From: an uncultured Actinomycetota bacterium
GTDB lineage: Bacteria; Actinomycetota; Actinomycetes; Mycobacteriales; Mycobacteriaceae
NCBI GenBank assembly: GCA_963699655.1
Contig: CAVOUV010000016.1
Coordinates: forward strand, 8,338 to 72,337
DNA length: 64,000 nucleotides
Reading direction: 5' to 3'
The notes beneath the pieces were generated by a model. The model saw nothing but the letters and a program-made list of their open reading frames with translations. It did no database searches and was not told where the DNA came from. Both the position numbers and the translations under genes were made by a program. Positions 54,548 to 64,000 of the stretch are shown here, one piece after another (the stretch's first letter is position 1; the number at the start of each line of letters is the position of its first letter).

Positions 54548-55787
54548 TTCGAATCGTCTGATGAGCGTCCTCGATCTGGGCGCGACGCCACCGTGCGAGA
54601 CGTTCCTCACCGCCGATGAGCTGGATCTGCCTGAAGCCACGTATCCGCTGCACCTCCGGCTCTGTGAGGATTGCCTGCTGCTGCAGATACCAGCGTTGAT
54701 CACACCCGAGGAGACGTTCGCGGAGTACGCCTACTTCTCGTCGTACAGCGACAGTTGGGTGGATCATGCGAAGCGGTACGTCGACGATGCCGTGGATCGG
54801 CTCGGCCTCGGCCCCGACTCATTTGTTGTGGAGGTCGCCAGCAACGACGGCTACCTGCTTCAGCACGTGGTCGCCGCGGGCATACCTTGTCTTGGCATCG
54901 AACCGTCGGTCAACGTGGGAGCCGCGGCCCGCACGCGGGGGGTGCCGACGCAAACAGCCTTCCTGGACGAGCAAACCGCGCTTGCGGTGCGTGCCCAGAA
55001 CGGCCCGGCCGACCTCGTGGTGGCCAACAACGTCTACGCGCACATCCCCGACCTACTTGGCTTCACCCGATCCCTGCGGGGACTGCTCGCCCGAGACGGT
55101 TGGTTGAGCATCGAGGTACATCACGCTTTGAACCTCGTCACGCGCGCCCAGTTCGACACCATCTATCACGAGCATTTCCAGTACTACACGGTGTTATCCG
55201 CAATGGGCGCTCTCGCGACGGCAGGTCTGGCGGTCGTCGACGTCGATGTGGTTCCGACGCATGGCGGTTCGATCCGGCTGTGGGCGCGACCCGAGGAGAG
55301 TGCGGGAGCACCAACCGAGCGTGTCGCGGAAGTCCTTCGGATCGAGGAGCAAGCCGGTCTGCATGGGGTGGACGGCTACCTGCAGTTGCGCCCGCGGACC
55401 GAGGCCGTCCGCCATGAGCTGTTGCGGTTCCTTCTCCAGTGCCGCGCCGAGGGTAAGCGGGTTGTCGGGTACGGAGCGCCGGGTAAGGGCAATACGCTCC
55501 TCAACTACTGCGGTATCCGCAGCGACCTGCTGGAGTACACGGTGGACCGTAATCCCTATAAACACGGTCGCTTCACCCCGGGCACACGCATTCCGATCCA
55601 CGATCCGGCCCAGATCGAGAAGGACCGCCCGGACGTCGTGCTGGTCCTGCCGTGGAATCTCGAGACTGAGTTGACCGAGCAGCTCGAATACATCACCGAA
55701 TGGGGCGGACAGCTCGTGTTCCCGCTGCCGGAGCTACACACCGCCGCCTTCGGAAACTCCGACGGCCAGAGGAGGAAAACACCATGA
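54528..55787 (+). CDS. NDP-hexose C-methyltransferase (SAM-dependent, Zn-binding N-terminus)
   Basis: TTG start after GAGGA; CRLC...CEDC, EVASNDGYLL, FDTIYHEH, HGGS, YGAPGKGNT. Confidence 0.88.
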   Translation: MRCRLCDSNRLMSVLDLGATPPCETFLTADELDLPEATYPLHLRLCEDCLLLQIPALITPEETFAEYAYFSSYSDSWVDHAKRYVDDAVDRLGLGPDSFVVEVASNDGYLLQHVVAAGIPCLGIEPSVNVGAAARTRGVPTQTAFLDEQTALAVRAQNGPADLVVANNVYAHIPDLLGFTRSLRGLLARDGWLSIEVHHALNLVTRAQFDTIYHEHFQYYTVLSAMGALATAGLAVVDVDVVPTHGGSIRLWARPEESAGAPTERVAEVLRIEEQAGLHGVDGYLQLRPRTEAVRHELLRFLLQCRAEGKRVVGYGAPGKGNTLLNYCGIRSDLLEYTVDRNPYKHGRFTPGTRIPIHDPAQIEKDRPDVVLVLPWNLETELTEQLEYITEWGGQLVFPLPELHTAAFGNSDGQRRKTP

Positions 55788-56593
55788 AAGTTGTTCTGTT
55801 CTGTGGTGGTTACGGCATGCGAATGCGGAACAGCGCAGAGGATTCCGTGCCGAAGCCGATGCAGATGGTCGGCCCCCGACCGCTGATCTGGCACGTGATG
55901 CGCTACTACGCCCACTTCGGTCACAAGGAGTTCATCCTGTGCCTCGGCTACGGAGCGTCGCACATCAAGAACTACTTCCTGACCTACCAGGAATCCGTGT
56001 CGAACGATTTCGTGATGCGTGGGGGTCGAGTCGAACTGATGCACTCCGACATCAGTGACTGGTCGATCACCTTCGTCGACACCGGTCTCGAGTCGGCGAT
56101 CGGCGAGCGGCTTCGTCGGGTACGGTCCCACCTCGACGGCGATGACTACTTCCTCGCGAATTACGCCGACGTCCTGACGAATGCGCCCCTTGACAACATG
56201 ATCGAGGAATTCCATCAGTCCGGTGCGGCGGCGTCGATGATGATCGTCCCGCCGCAACAGTCCTTCCACTGTGTCGAGGTCAGCGAAACAGGGGAGGTGA
56301 AGGACATCACCCCGGTCAGCGACCTGCCGATCTGGGAGAACGGCGGCTTCTTCGTACTGTCTCAGGAGATATTCGATTTGCTACCTCCGGGTGGGGATCT
56401 CGTCGCCGACGTCTGCGGCACGCTGGCGGGGCAGGGCCGGCTGTTCGGCTACAGATACGAAGGCTTCTGGAAGCCGGCCGATACCTTCAAGGAACGGGCC
56501 GAACTCGATGCCAAGTACCACAGCGGCGAGAGGCCGTGGGCACTCTGGGATCACGAGGAGTCTGCCGCATACGCCACCGCCGGGGCGCCATGA
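55784..56593 (+). CDS. Glucose-1-phosphate cytidylyltransferase (RfbF-like)
   Basis: FCGGYGMR, PKPM, LCLGY, FVDTG, NGGFF, FWKPADT. Confidence 0.88.
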   Translation: MKVVLFCGGYGMRMRNSAEDSVPKPMQMVGPRPLIWHVMRYYAHFGHKEFILCLGYGASHIKNYFLTYQESVSNDFVMRGGRVELMHSDISDWSITFVDTGLESAIGERLRRVRSHLDGDDYFLANYADVLTNAPLDNMIEEFHQSGAAASMMIVPPQQSFHCVEVSETGEVKDITPVSDLPIWENGGFFVLSQEIFDLLPPGGDLVADVCGTLAGQGRLFGYRYEGFWKPADTFKERAELDAKYHSGERPWALWDHEESAAYATAGAP

Positions 56594-57240
56594 TCTCGAT
56601 CTCCGTTGACGCACATACCGAGATCGCTGTCGTCGGAGCGCATTGCGACGACATCGCGATCGGGATGGGTGGCACCTTGATGAGCCTTTCGAACAGTCGC
56701 CCCGGGCTGCGGATCCGCGGGCTGGTGCTCTCCGGCGGGGGCACTGAACGCGAGGCCGAGGAGATCTCGGCCCTGGCAGCGTTCTGCCCAGGTGCAGAAG
56801 TGGAGATGAAGATCCTCGACATCCCAGACGGTCGCGCGCCGGCGCACTGGGAACGAATCAAAGCGCACCTGAGCGATTTTCGCCGGACTTGCAACCCCGA
56901 GATCGTATTCGGCCCGCAACGCGACGACGCACATCAGGATCACCGGCTGCTCGCAGAACTCCTACCGACCGAGTTCCGTGATCATCTCGTGCTCGGCTAC
57001 GAGATCCTCAAGTGGGAAACCGACACCCCGCGAACCACGATCTTTCATCCACTCGAGATCGGCGTGGCCGAAGAGAAGGCGCGGCTGCTGCTCAAGCACT
57101 ACGCATCGCAGACGAACCATGACTGGTTCGACGAGCAGGCATTTCTCGGGCTCTCCAGACTCCGCGGCGTCCAATGCCGCAGCCGCCATGCCGAAGCATT
57201 CGTCATGGAGAAGGCAACCATCACATTCGAACGGCGCTGA
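56590..57240 (+). CDS. PIG-L/LmbE family deacetylase-like protein
   Basis: GAHCDDIAIG, DAHQDH motifs. Confidence 0.85.
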   Translation: MISISVDAHTEIAVVGAHCDDIAIGMGGTLMSLSNSRPGLRIRGLVLSGGGTEREAEEISALAAFCPGAEVEMKILDIPDGRAPAHWERIKAHLSDFRRTCNPEIVFGPQRDDAHQDHRLLAELLPTEFRDHLVLGYEILKWETDTPRTTIFHPLEIGVAEEKARLLLKHYASQTNHDWFDEQAFLGLSRLRGVQCRSRHAEAFVMEKATITFERR

Positions 57241-57260
57241 GGGGCGCGGGAGGAATTGAC

Positions 57261-58289
57261 ATGCGAGTACTCGTTACAGGTCATCAGGGTTACCTGGGCA
57301 CCGTCATGGTGCCGATCCTCCAGGAGGCCGGCCACGACGTAACCGGTTTGGACGCCGGCTTTTTCGCCGACTGCATACTAGGAGCAATCCCCAACGATCC
57401 GCCGGGGATGCGGGTGGATCTGCGGGACGTCACCGTCAAGCAGCTCGAGGGCTTCGACGCGGTCATTCATCTGGCGGCCCTGTCCAACGATCCACTTGGT
57501 GCGTTGGCGCCGCAGATCACCTACGACATCAACCACCACGCCTCTGTCCGGCTTGCCAGGTTGGCGAAGGCTGCCGGAGTGCGCAGGTTTCTCTATGCCT
57601 CCACCTGCTCGGTGTATGGAGCCGCAGGTGGAGATCTGGTCACCGAAAATGCCCCATTGCGACCACTGACACCGTATGCGGAGAGCAAGGTCCGGGTCGA
57701 AGCAGATGTCGCCGCGATCGCCGACGACTCCTTCTCGCCCGTGTTCCTGCGCAACGCCACTGCATTCGGATTCTCGCCGCGGCTTCGCGCTGACATCGTG
57801 CTGAACAATCTGGTCGGGCACGCGGTCCTTACGGGCGATGTACGAGTCCTCTCGGACGGCACCCCGTGGCGGCCGCTGGTGCACGCGCAGGACATCGCTC
57901 TCGCGTTCCGCATCGCACTGGACGCCCCGATCAGCAAGGTCCATTGCCAGGCTTTCAACGTGGGAAGCGAAGTCAACAATCTGACTGTCGCCGAGATCGC
58001 GCAATCCGTGGTTGACGTGGTTCCGGGAGCCGACTTACTGATCACCGGTGAGACGGGCGCCGATCCCCGTTCGTATCGGGTGGATTTCTCCGCAATCCGT
58101 CAGGCGCTGGGATACGAGGCGGCCTGGACGATCCCCGAAGGCGCCGCCGAACTCTACAAGGAATACATCTCGGCGGGGCTGACCGAACGGGACTTCGCGA
58201 AGAAGTTCACCCGCCTGCCTCATCTGGAAGCTCTGCGCGACAGTGGCGTACTCGATGAATCCATGCGACGAATCACGACAGATGCTTGA
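57261..58289 (+). CDS. NAD-dependent NDP-sugar epimerase/dehydratase
   Basis: TGHQGYLG, HLAALSNDP, STCSVYG, YAESK. Confidence 0.9.
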   Translation: MRVLVTGHQGYLGTVMVPILQEAGHDVTGLDAGFFADCILGAIPNDPPGMRVDLRDVTVKQLEGFDAVIHLAALSNDPLGALAPQITYDINHHASVRLARLAKAAGVRRFLYASTCSVYGAAGGDLVTENAPLRPLTPYAESKVRVEADVAAIADDSFSPVFLRNATAFGFSPRLRADIVLNNLVGHAVLTGDVRVLSDGTPWRPLVHAQDIALAFRIALDAPISKVHCQAFNVGSEVNNLTVAEIAQSVVDVVPGADLLITGETGADPRSYRVDFSAIRQALGYEAAWTIPEGAAELYKEYISAGLTERDFAKKFTRLPHLEALRDSGVLDESMRRITTDA

Positions 58290-58827
58290 GCAATTCCGCC
58301 CAGCTTCCGGCGTTCGCGTCACGCTCGGAGATCATCGAAACCGGCAGCGGCCAGCTGATCGCGAGGTCCGGATCGTGGTATGCCACCCCGAGGTCCTCGG
58401 ACGGGTCATGCGGCCGATCGATGCGGTAGCACACGTCGGCAGTAGTGGTCAGCGATTGGAACCCGTGCAGAAAGCCGGGCGGTACGTAAAGATGACGGAA
58501 TTCGCTGTCATCGAGGAGAAAAGCCTGCTGCCGACCGAAGGTTGGCGAACTTCTTCGGATGTCGATGAGCACGTCGTGCACCGCGCCGTTGGCGCACCGG
58601 ACCAGTTTGGCCTCACCGCGTCCCGAACGGCCGTGCATACCCCGAATCACTCCCTTCGCCGACCGGGACTGCGAGTCCTGGACGAACGAGGCGGCAGTCC
58701 CCGGGACGCCGAGGTGAGCATCGAAGACGTCTGCATCGAAGGTCCGGGTGAACAGGCCACGATCGTCCCTGAACGGCTGGGGCACCAGTACCACGACGTC
58801 GGCAAGATCAGTCCCTTCAACATCCAC
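58273..58827 (-). CDS. rmlC: NDP-4-keto-6-deoxyhexose 3,5-epimerase (RmlC/RfbC)
   Basis: FRDDRGLF, IRGMHG, EAKLVRC, DIRRSSPTFG, GFLHGFQ. Confidence 0.88.
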   Translation of the reverse strand: MDVEGTDLADVVVLVPQPFRDDRGLFTRTFDADVFDAHLGVPGTAASFVQDSQSRSAKGVIRGMHGRSGRGEAKLVRCANGAVHDVLIDIRRSSPTFGRQQAFLLDDSEFRHLYVPPGFLHGFQSLTTTADVCYRIDRPHDPSEDLGVAYHDPDLAISWPLPVSMISERDANAGSWAELLKHLS

Positions 58828-58841
58828 ATGGAAATGGTGTC

Positions 58842-59915
58842 ATGAGTGCGTGCCGCGGATGCGGGAAAACAAATCTGAGCCGGGTCCTTGATCTCGGAAA
58901 GGTGCCGGCGGCTGATTACTTCCCGCTCGCGTCAGAATCGAAGGGCCTGGACGAGTCGCACGAACTGGCGATGGATCTCTGCGGCGACTGCGGATTGGCG
59001 CAGCTCGCCGACGACCAGACCGTCGCCGACGAGCCACGTGGTGTGGAACCCCAGGCGCTCAAGGATCAGGCGGAGGATGCCGTCGCACGCGTCGACGCGG
59101 ACGGCTATCTACGCGGGCACACAGTGCTGGAATTCGGCAGCCCGCACGGCGGCAGCTGGCTTCCGCTGCTGACGGAGCGCGGGTACAGCACGGTGGAATC
59201 GGGAGCGGACGTGGTGCTGGACTGCTTCGGCATCATGCACGAACCCGACCAGCGCGAGGCCTTCGCCCGGCGTGCGGACGTCGTGCACCCCGATGGGGTG
59301 CTGTTGCTCCAATATCATTCGATCGTCACCATCGTCGAAGACGGGCAATGGAATGCGCTGCGGCACGGGCATTTCGCGTACTACTCGATGACAACGCTGA
59401 TGCGCCTGCTCGGCGAGGTGGGCCTCAGTGTTGTCACAGCATGGGAATTCGACCTGTACGGGGGAACGGTCCTGATCGCCGCCGTGCACGGCGAGGCAGA
59501 TCCTGACGCGTCTGTGATGAGCATCCTCGACACGGAGAACGCGATGGGTATCACCAGTCCGGTCACGGTCGGTAGCCTGCAGAGCACCGCGGATTGGCAC
59601 ATCGACTCGCTGCGAATCTGGCTGGAAGAAGAGGCGGACGCCGGACGCCGGATCTTCGGCTACGGCGCGGCATCGCGCGCGGTGGCTCTATTCAGCCGTG
59701 CGGGACTCACCTCCAAACTTCTGGCTGCAGTCGCCGACGCCTCACCTGCGAAGCAGGGAAGACGTATGCCGGGCACCAACATTCCGATCGTGTCGCCGGA
59801 AAAAATGATCAGGGCGAACCCGCATCGGGTCCTGCTGACGCTGCCCGATTTGTTACCCGAGGTCAGCGCCCGGTACCCGCAACTCGACGGTCGGTGGAAG
59901 ATCGCCGGCCCATGA
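58842..59915 (+). CDS. Second C-methyltransferase-like protein (shortened SAM domain)
   Basis: CRGC...CGDC Zn motif, EFGSPHGG, WNALRHGH, YGAASRA, KQGRRMPGT. Confidence 0.75.
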   Translation: MSACRGCGKTNLSRVLDLGKVPAADYFPLASESKGLDESHELAMDLCGDCGLAQLADDQTVADEPRGVEPQALKDQAEDAVARVDADGYLRGHTVLEFGSPHGGSWLPLLTERGYSTVESGADVVLDCFGIMHEPDQREAFARRADVVHPDGVLLLQYHSIVTIVEDGQWNALRHGHFAYYSMTTLMRLLGEVGLSVVTAWEFDLYGGTVLIAAVHGEADPDASVMSILDTENAMGITSPVTVGSLQSTADWHIDSLRIWLEEEADAGRRIFGYGAASRAVALFSRAGLTSKLLAAVADASPAKQGRRMPGTNIPIVSPEKMIRANPHRVLLTLPDLLPEVSARYPQLDGRWKIAGP

Positions 59916-59940
59916 CAACACCAGAAAGGCAGGTACCCGA

Positions 59941-60831
59941 GTGACCACAATCCTTTTCAACCCCGACGCCACCGACGAAGAGCGACGCGCCCGTCTGTAC
60001 AGCGGACAGGTGCTGGTCTACGGCGCCTCCCCGGAGTCCCTCGCTCTCGTGCAGCACGCGCGCGACCTCATCACCGAGGCGTTCGGCACACTAGACCCGC
60101 AAACCGCGCAGTCCGAGATGCCGGTCGAGGAGTATGCGGCGCTGCTGGCCGAGTTGAAGCCGACGTTCATCCACCATGCCGAGTCCAAGAATCTGATCAC
60201 CCGGCTGCTGTCCTATTTCGGTTGCGACCTGGACCGGACCTACTTCGACGTCCCTCGCCTGCGCACCTCGACATCGGATGGGTATCTCACCTCAGGTATC
60301 TCGTATGCGTTCCATCCGCATCGAGACACCTGGTACTCGGCGCCGTTCAGCCAGTTGAACTGGTGGATACCGATCTACCCGGTGGTACCCGAGAACGTGA
60401 TGGCCTTTCACCCCCAGCACTGGAGCAATCCGGTACGCAACGGATCTCGGCGCTACAACTACTACGAATGGAACCAGACGAGCCGCCAGACGGCCGCTCA
60501 GCACGTCACATCCGACACGCGCGACCAGCCGAAGCCCGAGGAGCCGGTCGAACTGGACCCCCACGTGCGGGTGGTCCCCGAGGTCGGCGGCGTGATGCTG
60601 TTCTCCGGCAATCAGTTGCACTCGACGGTACCCAACACATCGGGTCGGACCAGGTTCAGCATCGACTTCCGGACCGTGAACATCGACGACGTGTTGACCC
60701 GCAATGAGGCACCGAATGTCGATTCCGAGTGCACGGGAACATCGTTGCGGGACTTCCTGCGCGCATCTGATCTCGAGGGGATACCCGAGGACGTTGCACT
60801 CGGCTATGAAGGGTTGACGGTGGATGGTTGA
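59941..60831 (+). CDS. Hypothetical protein, probable Fe(II)/2OG-type dioxygenase fold
   Basis: HPHRDTW (HxD), distal LHST, RFSIDFR. Confidence 0.6.
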   Translation: MTTILFNPDATDEERRARLYSGQVLVYGASPESLALVQHARDLITEAFGTLDPQTAQSEMPVEEYAALLAELKPTFIHHAESKNLITRLLSYFGCDLDRTYFDVPRLRTSTSDGYLTSGISYAFHPHRDTWYSAPFSQLNWWIPIYPVVPENVMAFHPQHWSNPVRNGSRRYNYYEWNQTSRQTAAQHVTSDTRDQPKPEEPVELDPHVRVVPEVGGVMLFSGNQLHSTVPNTSGRTRFSIDFRTVNIDDVLTRNEAPNVDSECTGTSLRDFLRASDLEGIPEDVALGYEGLTVDG

Positions 60832-61765
60832 TCCACTCAGATTCATCGCACCGATGCCACCGCCGTCGTTCGACGGCGGACGTTTCGTCACTGAGGTTCA
60901 GCGGTTGGAACTTCTCGGTTTCCATACCGTCGCCGTATCCCACCACCTCACCAGGGGCTGGCAACTCGGCCTGATCGCCGCGATGGCCTTCATCGCGGCC
61001 AGCACGCCGCGGCTGCGGGTGCTGTCGCTTGTTGCCCAGAACGGTCTCTTCCATCCCGCGCTGCTGGCCAAGGACATCGCGACCATCGACGTGCTGTCCG
61101 GCGGCCGCGTTGAACTGGGCATCGGAATAGGCTGGGACAAGCGAGATTACACGTCAATCGGGCATGTGCTCGGTAGTGGGCGGCACAGACTCGAGAAGTT
61201 GACCGAGTCGCTGGAGATCATCCGGCGTTACTTCACCGGGGCTTCAGTCGATTTCGAAGGCAAGCATTATCGCGTGGAAGAGTTGGAGGCACTGCCGCGA
61301 TGCGTGCAGCGACCGAATCCACCGATACTGGTCGGGGCAGGCGGACCCAAGATGCTCGAGCTGGCCGGAAGGACTGCCGACATCGTCGGTATCCATGCGT
61401 ATATGGGCGAAGGACGGATCGGCAGGTCTGTGGTCGCCGACCTGACGGCCGACTCGATCCAGGGCAAGATCAGGCGGGTGCGCGCAGCCGCCGACGCCGC
61501 CGGGCGGCCTGCGCCACGTCTGCAATTCAGCTGTTATCACGTCCACGTCACGGATGAACCGGACCGCCAGTACCCACCTTCATCGTGGGCGGCCTCCGCC
61601 GAGGCCGAAAAGGACCTCTTGAAGGGTTCTCCCGCAGTCCTGGTGGGCACGGCGGCGCAGTGCGCCGATCAACTCCTGGAATGGCGGGAGCGGTTCGGTA
61701 TCACCTATTGGAATCTCGGTCGCGATGTCGACGCAGTCAGTCGAATCATCGAACGACTCAACTGA
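60824..61765 (+). CDS. LLM-class (luciferase-like) oxidoreductase, probably F420-dependent
   Basis: HPALLAKDIATIDVLSGGRVELGIGIGW, PPILVGAGGPKMLELAG. Confidence 0.85.
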   Translation: MVDPLRFIAPMPPPSFDGGRFVTEVQRLELLGFHTVAVSHHLTRGWQLGLIAAMAFIAASTPRLRVLSLVAQNGLFHPALLAKDIATIDVLSGGRVELGIGIGWDKRDYTSIGHVLGSGRHRLEKLTESLEIIRRYFTGASVDFEGKHYRVEELEALPRCVQRPNPPILVGAGGPKMLELAGRTADIVGIHAYMGEGRIGRSVVADLTADSIQGKIRRVRAAADAAGRPAPRLQFSCYHVHVTDEPDRQYPPSSWAASAEAEKDLLKGSPAVLVGTAAQCADQLLEWRERFGITYWNLGRDVDAVSRIIERLN

Positions 61766-62642
61766 CCAGTCCCCGCGCGATGCTCAGCAGTTTGCGACCT
61801 CGGCGCACGGCCACCCGTCGCTGGCGACGCACGTACATCCGGAGAACCGCCGACCGGGCCCGGCTCCGCTGCTGATCGTCGAGGTCGCACTTGTCGAGCC
61901 AGCCCAGCATCTCCCGGCATTGCAACGTGGTCGCGAAATGCGCATGCCACGAGGGCATTTCGAGCCTGCCAGCGATGACCGACAGCCGCTCATGTCCCCA
62001 ATTGCGTCTCGCCAGTACCTCTGGCACGTGCGCCCACGGCCCGGCGAGCGCCAGCTTGGTGGCGAACACCTCGTCTTCGCGCAGCATGTTGCGCCGCTCG
62101 ATTCCCACCACGGCTCGCGCCGGAACATGCCGTATAGAGGATCCATCAGAAGGTAGCTCTCGTTGAGCAGCCGCAGCATCTCGGAGAAACGGGTGACCGG
62201 ATCGTCCGAACCCAGCCCGGTGCCGTCGTATGCCGCGGTCTGGGCTCAGACCGTCCGGGTCCACGTAACTGATCTGGCTGGTCACCAGGATCAGCCGAGC
62301 GTCGGCCTCGAACGCCTCCAGCGCCCGCGACACGGAGTTCGGCTCCAACCAGTCGTCGTCGCCCACCCAGCGGAAGAATGTGCCGGTGGCGAGCCTCATC
62401 GCGCTGATGAAGTTGTTCAGCAGCCCCACATTGACCGGGTGGCGGTGATAGACGATTCGGCTGTCATCCGAAGCGAATCCGCGGCACAGCTCCTCGGTCT
62501 CGTCTGTGGAGGCGTTGTCGCAGATCACCAGTTCCAGGTTCGTCGTGGTCCTGGGTGAGCACGGATTTGACTACGTGTTCGATTCGGTCGGCGCCGTTGC
62601 GGACCGGTAGTCCGATCGAGACAACGACTTGGTGTCGCGCAT
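61758..62642 (-). CDS. Glycosyltransferase family 2, frameshifted
   Basis: Fragments MRDTKSL/SIGLPVRNGA, ICDNASTD, FFRWVGDDD, REDEVFA in different frames. Confidence 0.8.
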
Positions 62643-62655
62643 CTGAACTCCCTTG

Positions 62656-64000
62656 TCAATTACCGGAAGTGGGTCCCGCAGCGCGGTAACCCGGCGAAAA
62701 TTGTGCAGCGGAACGACGACCAGGATGTAGACGATCAATCCCGTTCCGCCGGCAAGCAGCAGGTGGATGAATGCATTACCGTCGAGAACCGATTCGATCA
62801 GCAGGATCACGCTCGCCATTGTGGCGGCTCCGATGAGCGGTCGCACCAACGCCGGCAGTGTCGGTATGAGGCTGACGCCGGCACGGTGCAGCGCCAACAC
62901 CGCCAGCGGCAGTGGCGACGAACACCCCGACGATGCCGTGGGCAATCGCCGCCCCTCGATGCCATCCAGCCGGGCACCGATCCACAGCGCGGGCACCAGC
63001 GCGACGGCCCAACCGGCGTTCAGCCACACGGTGGCCTTGGTGGAGCCCAACAGACATCAGAATGTCGAATGCCAACGATGTCAGCATGCGTACGACCATC
63101 AGGATCGACAGAAAGCGCAGCGCGAGGGCCGCCTGTTCCCACTTCTCGCCGTAGAGGAAATCGACCATTTCGGGGCGAGGGTCGCCATCACCACCGCGAC
63201 GGGAAGGATTGCCGCCACTAACGGCGGCACCGAGCGGCGAACACCGAGCGCGAGCGCGTCATCGTGTCTGCTCGGCCAGCCGGGAAAAGCCCGGCACCGA
63301 CACGTAACGCACCGCGGTGCCAACGAGGCCGGGAACCCAACTGGAGACGTTAAACGCCAACAGGTAGTAGCCCAGTGCCACGACGCCGAGCACATTGCCG
63401 ACGAGCACGAAGTCCGCGTTCAGCAGCACGGCTTCGATACCCAGGCTGACCGCCAGCGGTGCACCGAGATGAGCAGCCTCTTGGTGACCTCTCGGTCCAG
63501 CCCGAGCCTGATGGGCAGATCGCCCATCTTGAAGACGATGATGCCCGTGACGACTGACCGCGGCGAGCTGGCCGCGTCGCCATGCTGTATGCGCCCGCCC
63601 CCGCGGACGCCATCGGCAGGGCCACCGCCACATTGGCCAACATGCCGATGATGTTGGCCTTCGTCAGCCGGTCCTGCTCGAATCGGCGCATCAACGCGGC
63701 CGCGCGCACGGCGGTGATGCCGTCCACGACGATGATGAGTGTCAGTAGCCGAACGAACAGGCGTGGCTTCCGGGACGCCGGACAGCGTCGCGATGGCGGG
63801 TGCGGTCCAAACCAGAGCACCCCGTAGACGAAAAGACTTGAGAGCAGGGCGATCAGGGCAGCCGGTCGGCGCCATGTCTTCGAGCTTGCCGCGCCACTGC
63901 ACGCAGGCTGCGATGATGCCGAAGTCGTTGACGCACCATGGCGAAGGTCGTTCACGGCGAGCGCCACCGCGAACACCCCGAAGTCCGCAGGGGTCAGCAG
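62656..64000 (-). CDS. Wzx/PST-family polysaccharide flippase (partial, frameshifted; end approximate)
   Basis: LTPADFGVFAVALA, RAAALMRRFEQ, LLNADFVLVG...LGYYLLAFN, FLYGEKWEQA fragments. Confidence 0.8.

Overview
High-GC actinobacterial DNA, almost certainly from a rapidly growing Mycobacterium/Mycolicibacterium. The backbone is the cholesterol-catabolism region: the KstR2 regulon (fadE30-33, fadD3, ipdF, kstR2, fadA6, ipdABC, echA20, two SDRs) and the KstR-controlled fadA5/igr operon (cyp125, fadE28/29, chsH2/H1, ltp2), with four recognisable operators. Four accessory blocks interrupt or flank it. (1) 1-10.3 kb: a hut-like cluster whose ammonia-lyase homolog lacks the MIO-forming ASG motif and sits with an Opu/ProU-family ABC importer, a candidate histidine-betaine (hercynine/ergothioneine-derived) catabolic system. 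(2) 18.9-26.3 kb: a Zn-ADH, an exported protein behind an IdeR-type box, a SatD cyclase-fold/HTH plus membrane-protein pair with three palindromic boxes at exact 28-bp period, an orphan ECF sigma factor and a LuxR-ATPase. (3) 31.6-37.7 kb: a TAXI-TRAP transporter, an extra peptide deformylase, a Ddn paralog and a thiol reductase. (4) 46-64 kb: a two-component pair and a Wzx-type polysaccharide locus with CDP-sugar/C-methyltransferase genes. Many single-base frameshifts cluster in several segments and hit conserved genes; most are probably long-read or assembly errors. No rRNA, tRNA, CRISPR array or transposase was recognised. Gene names come from recalled similarity and synteny with M. tuberculosis, not from a database search.
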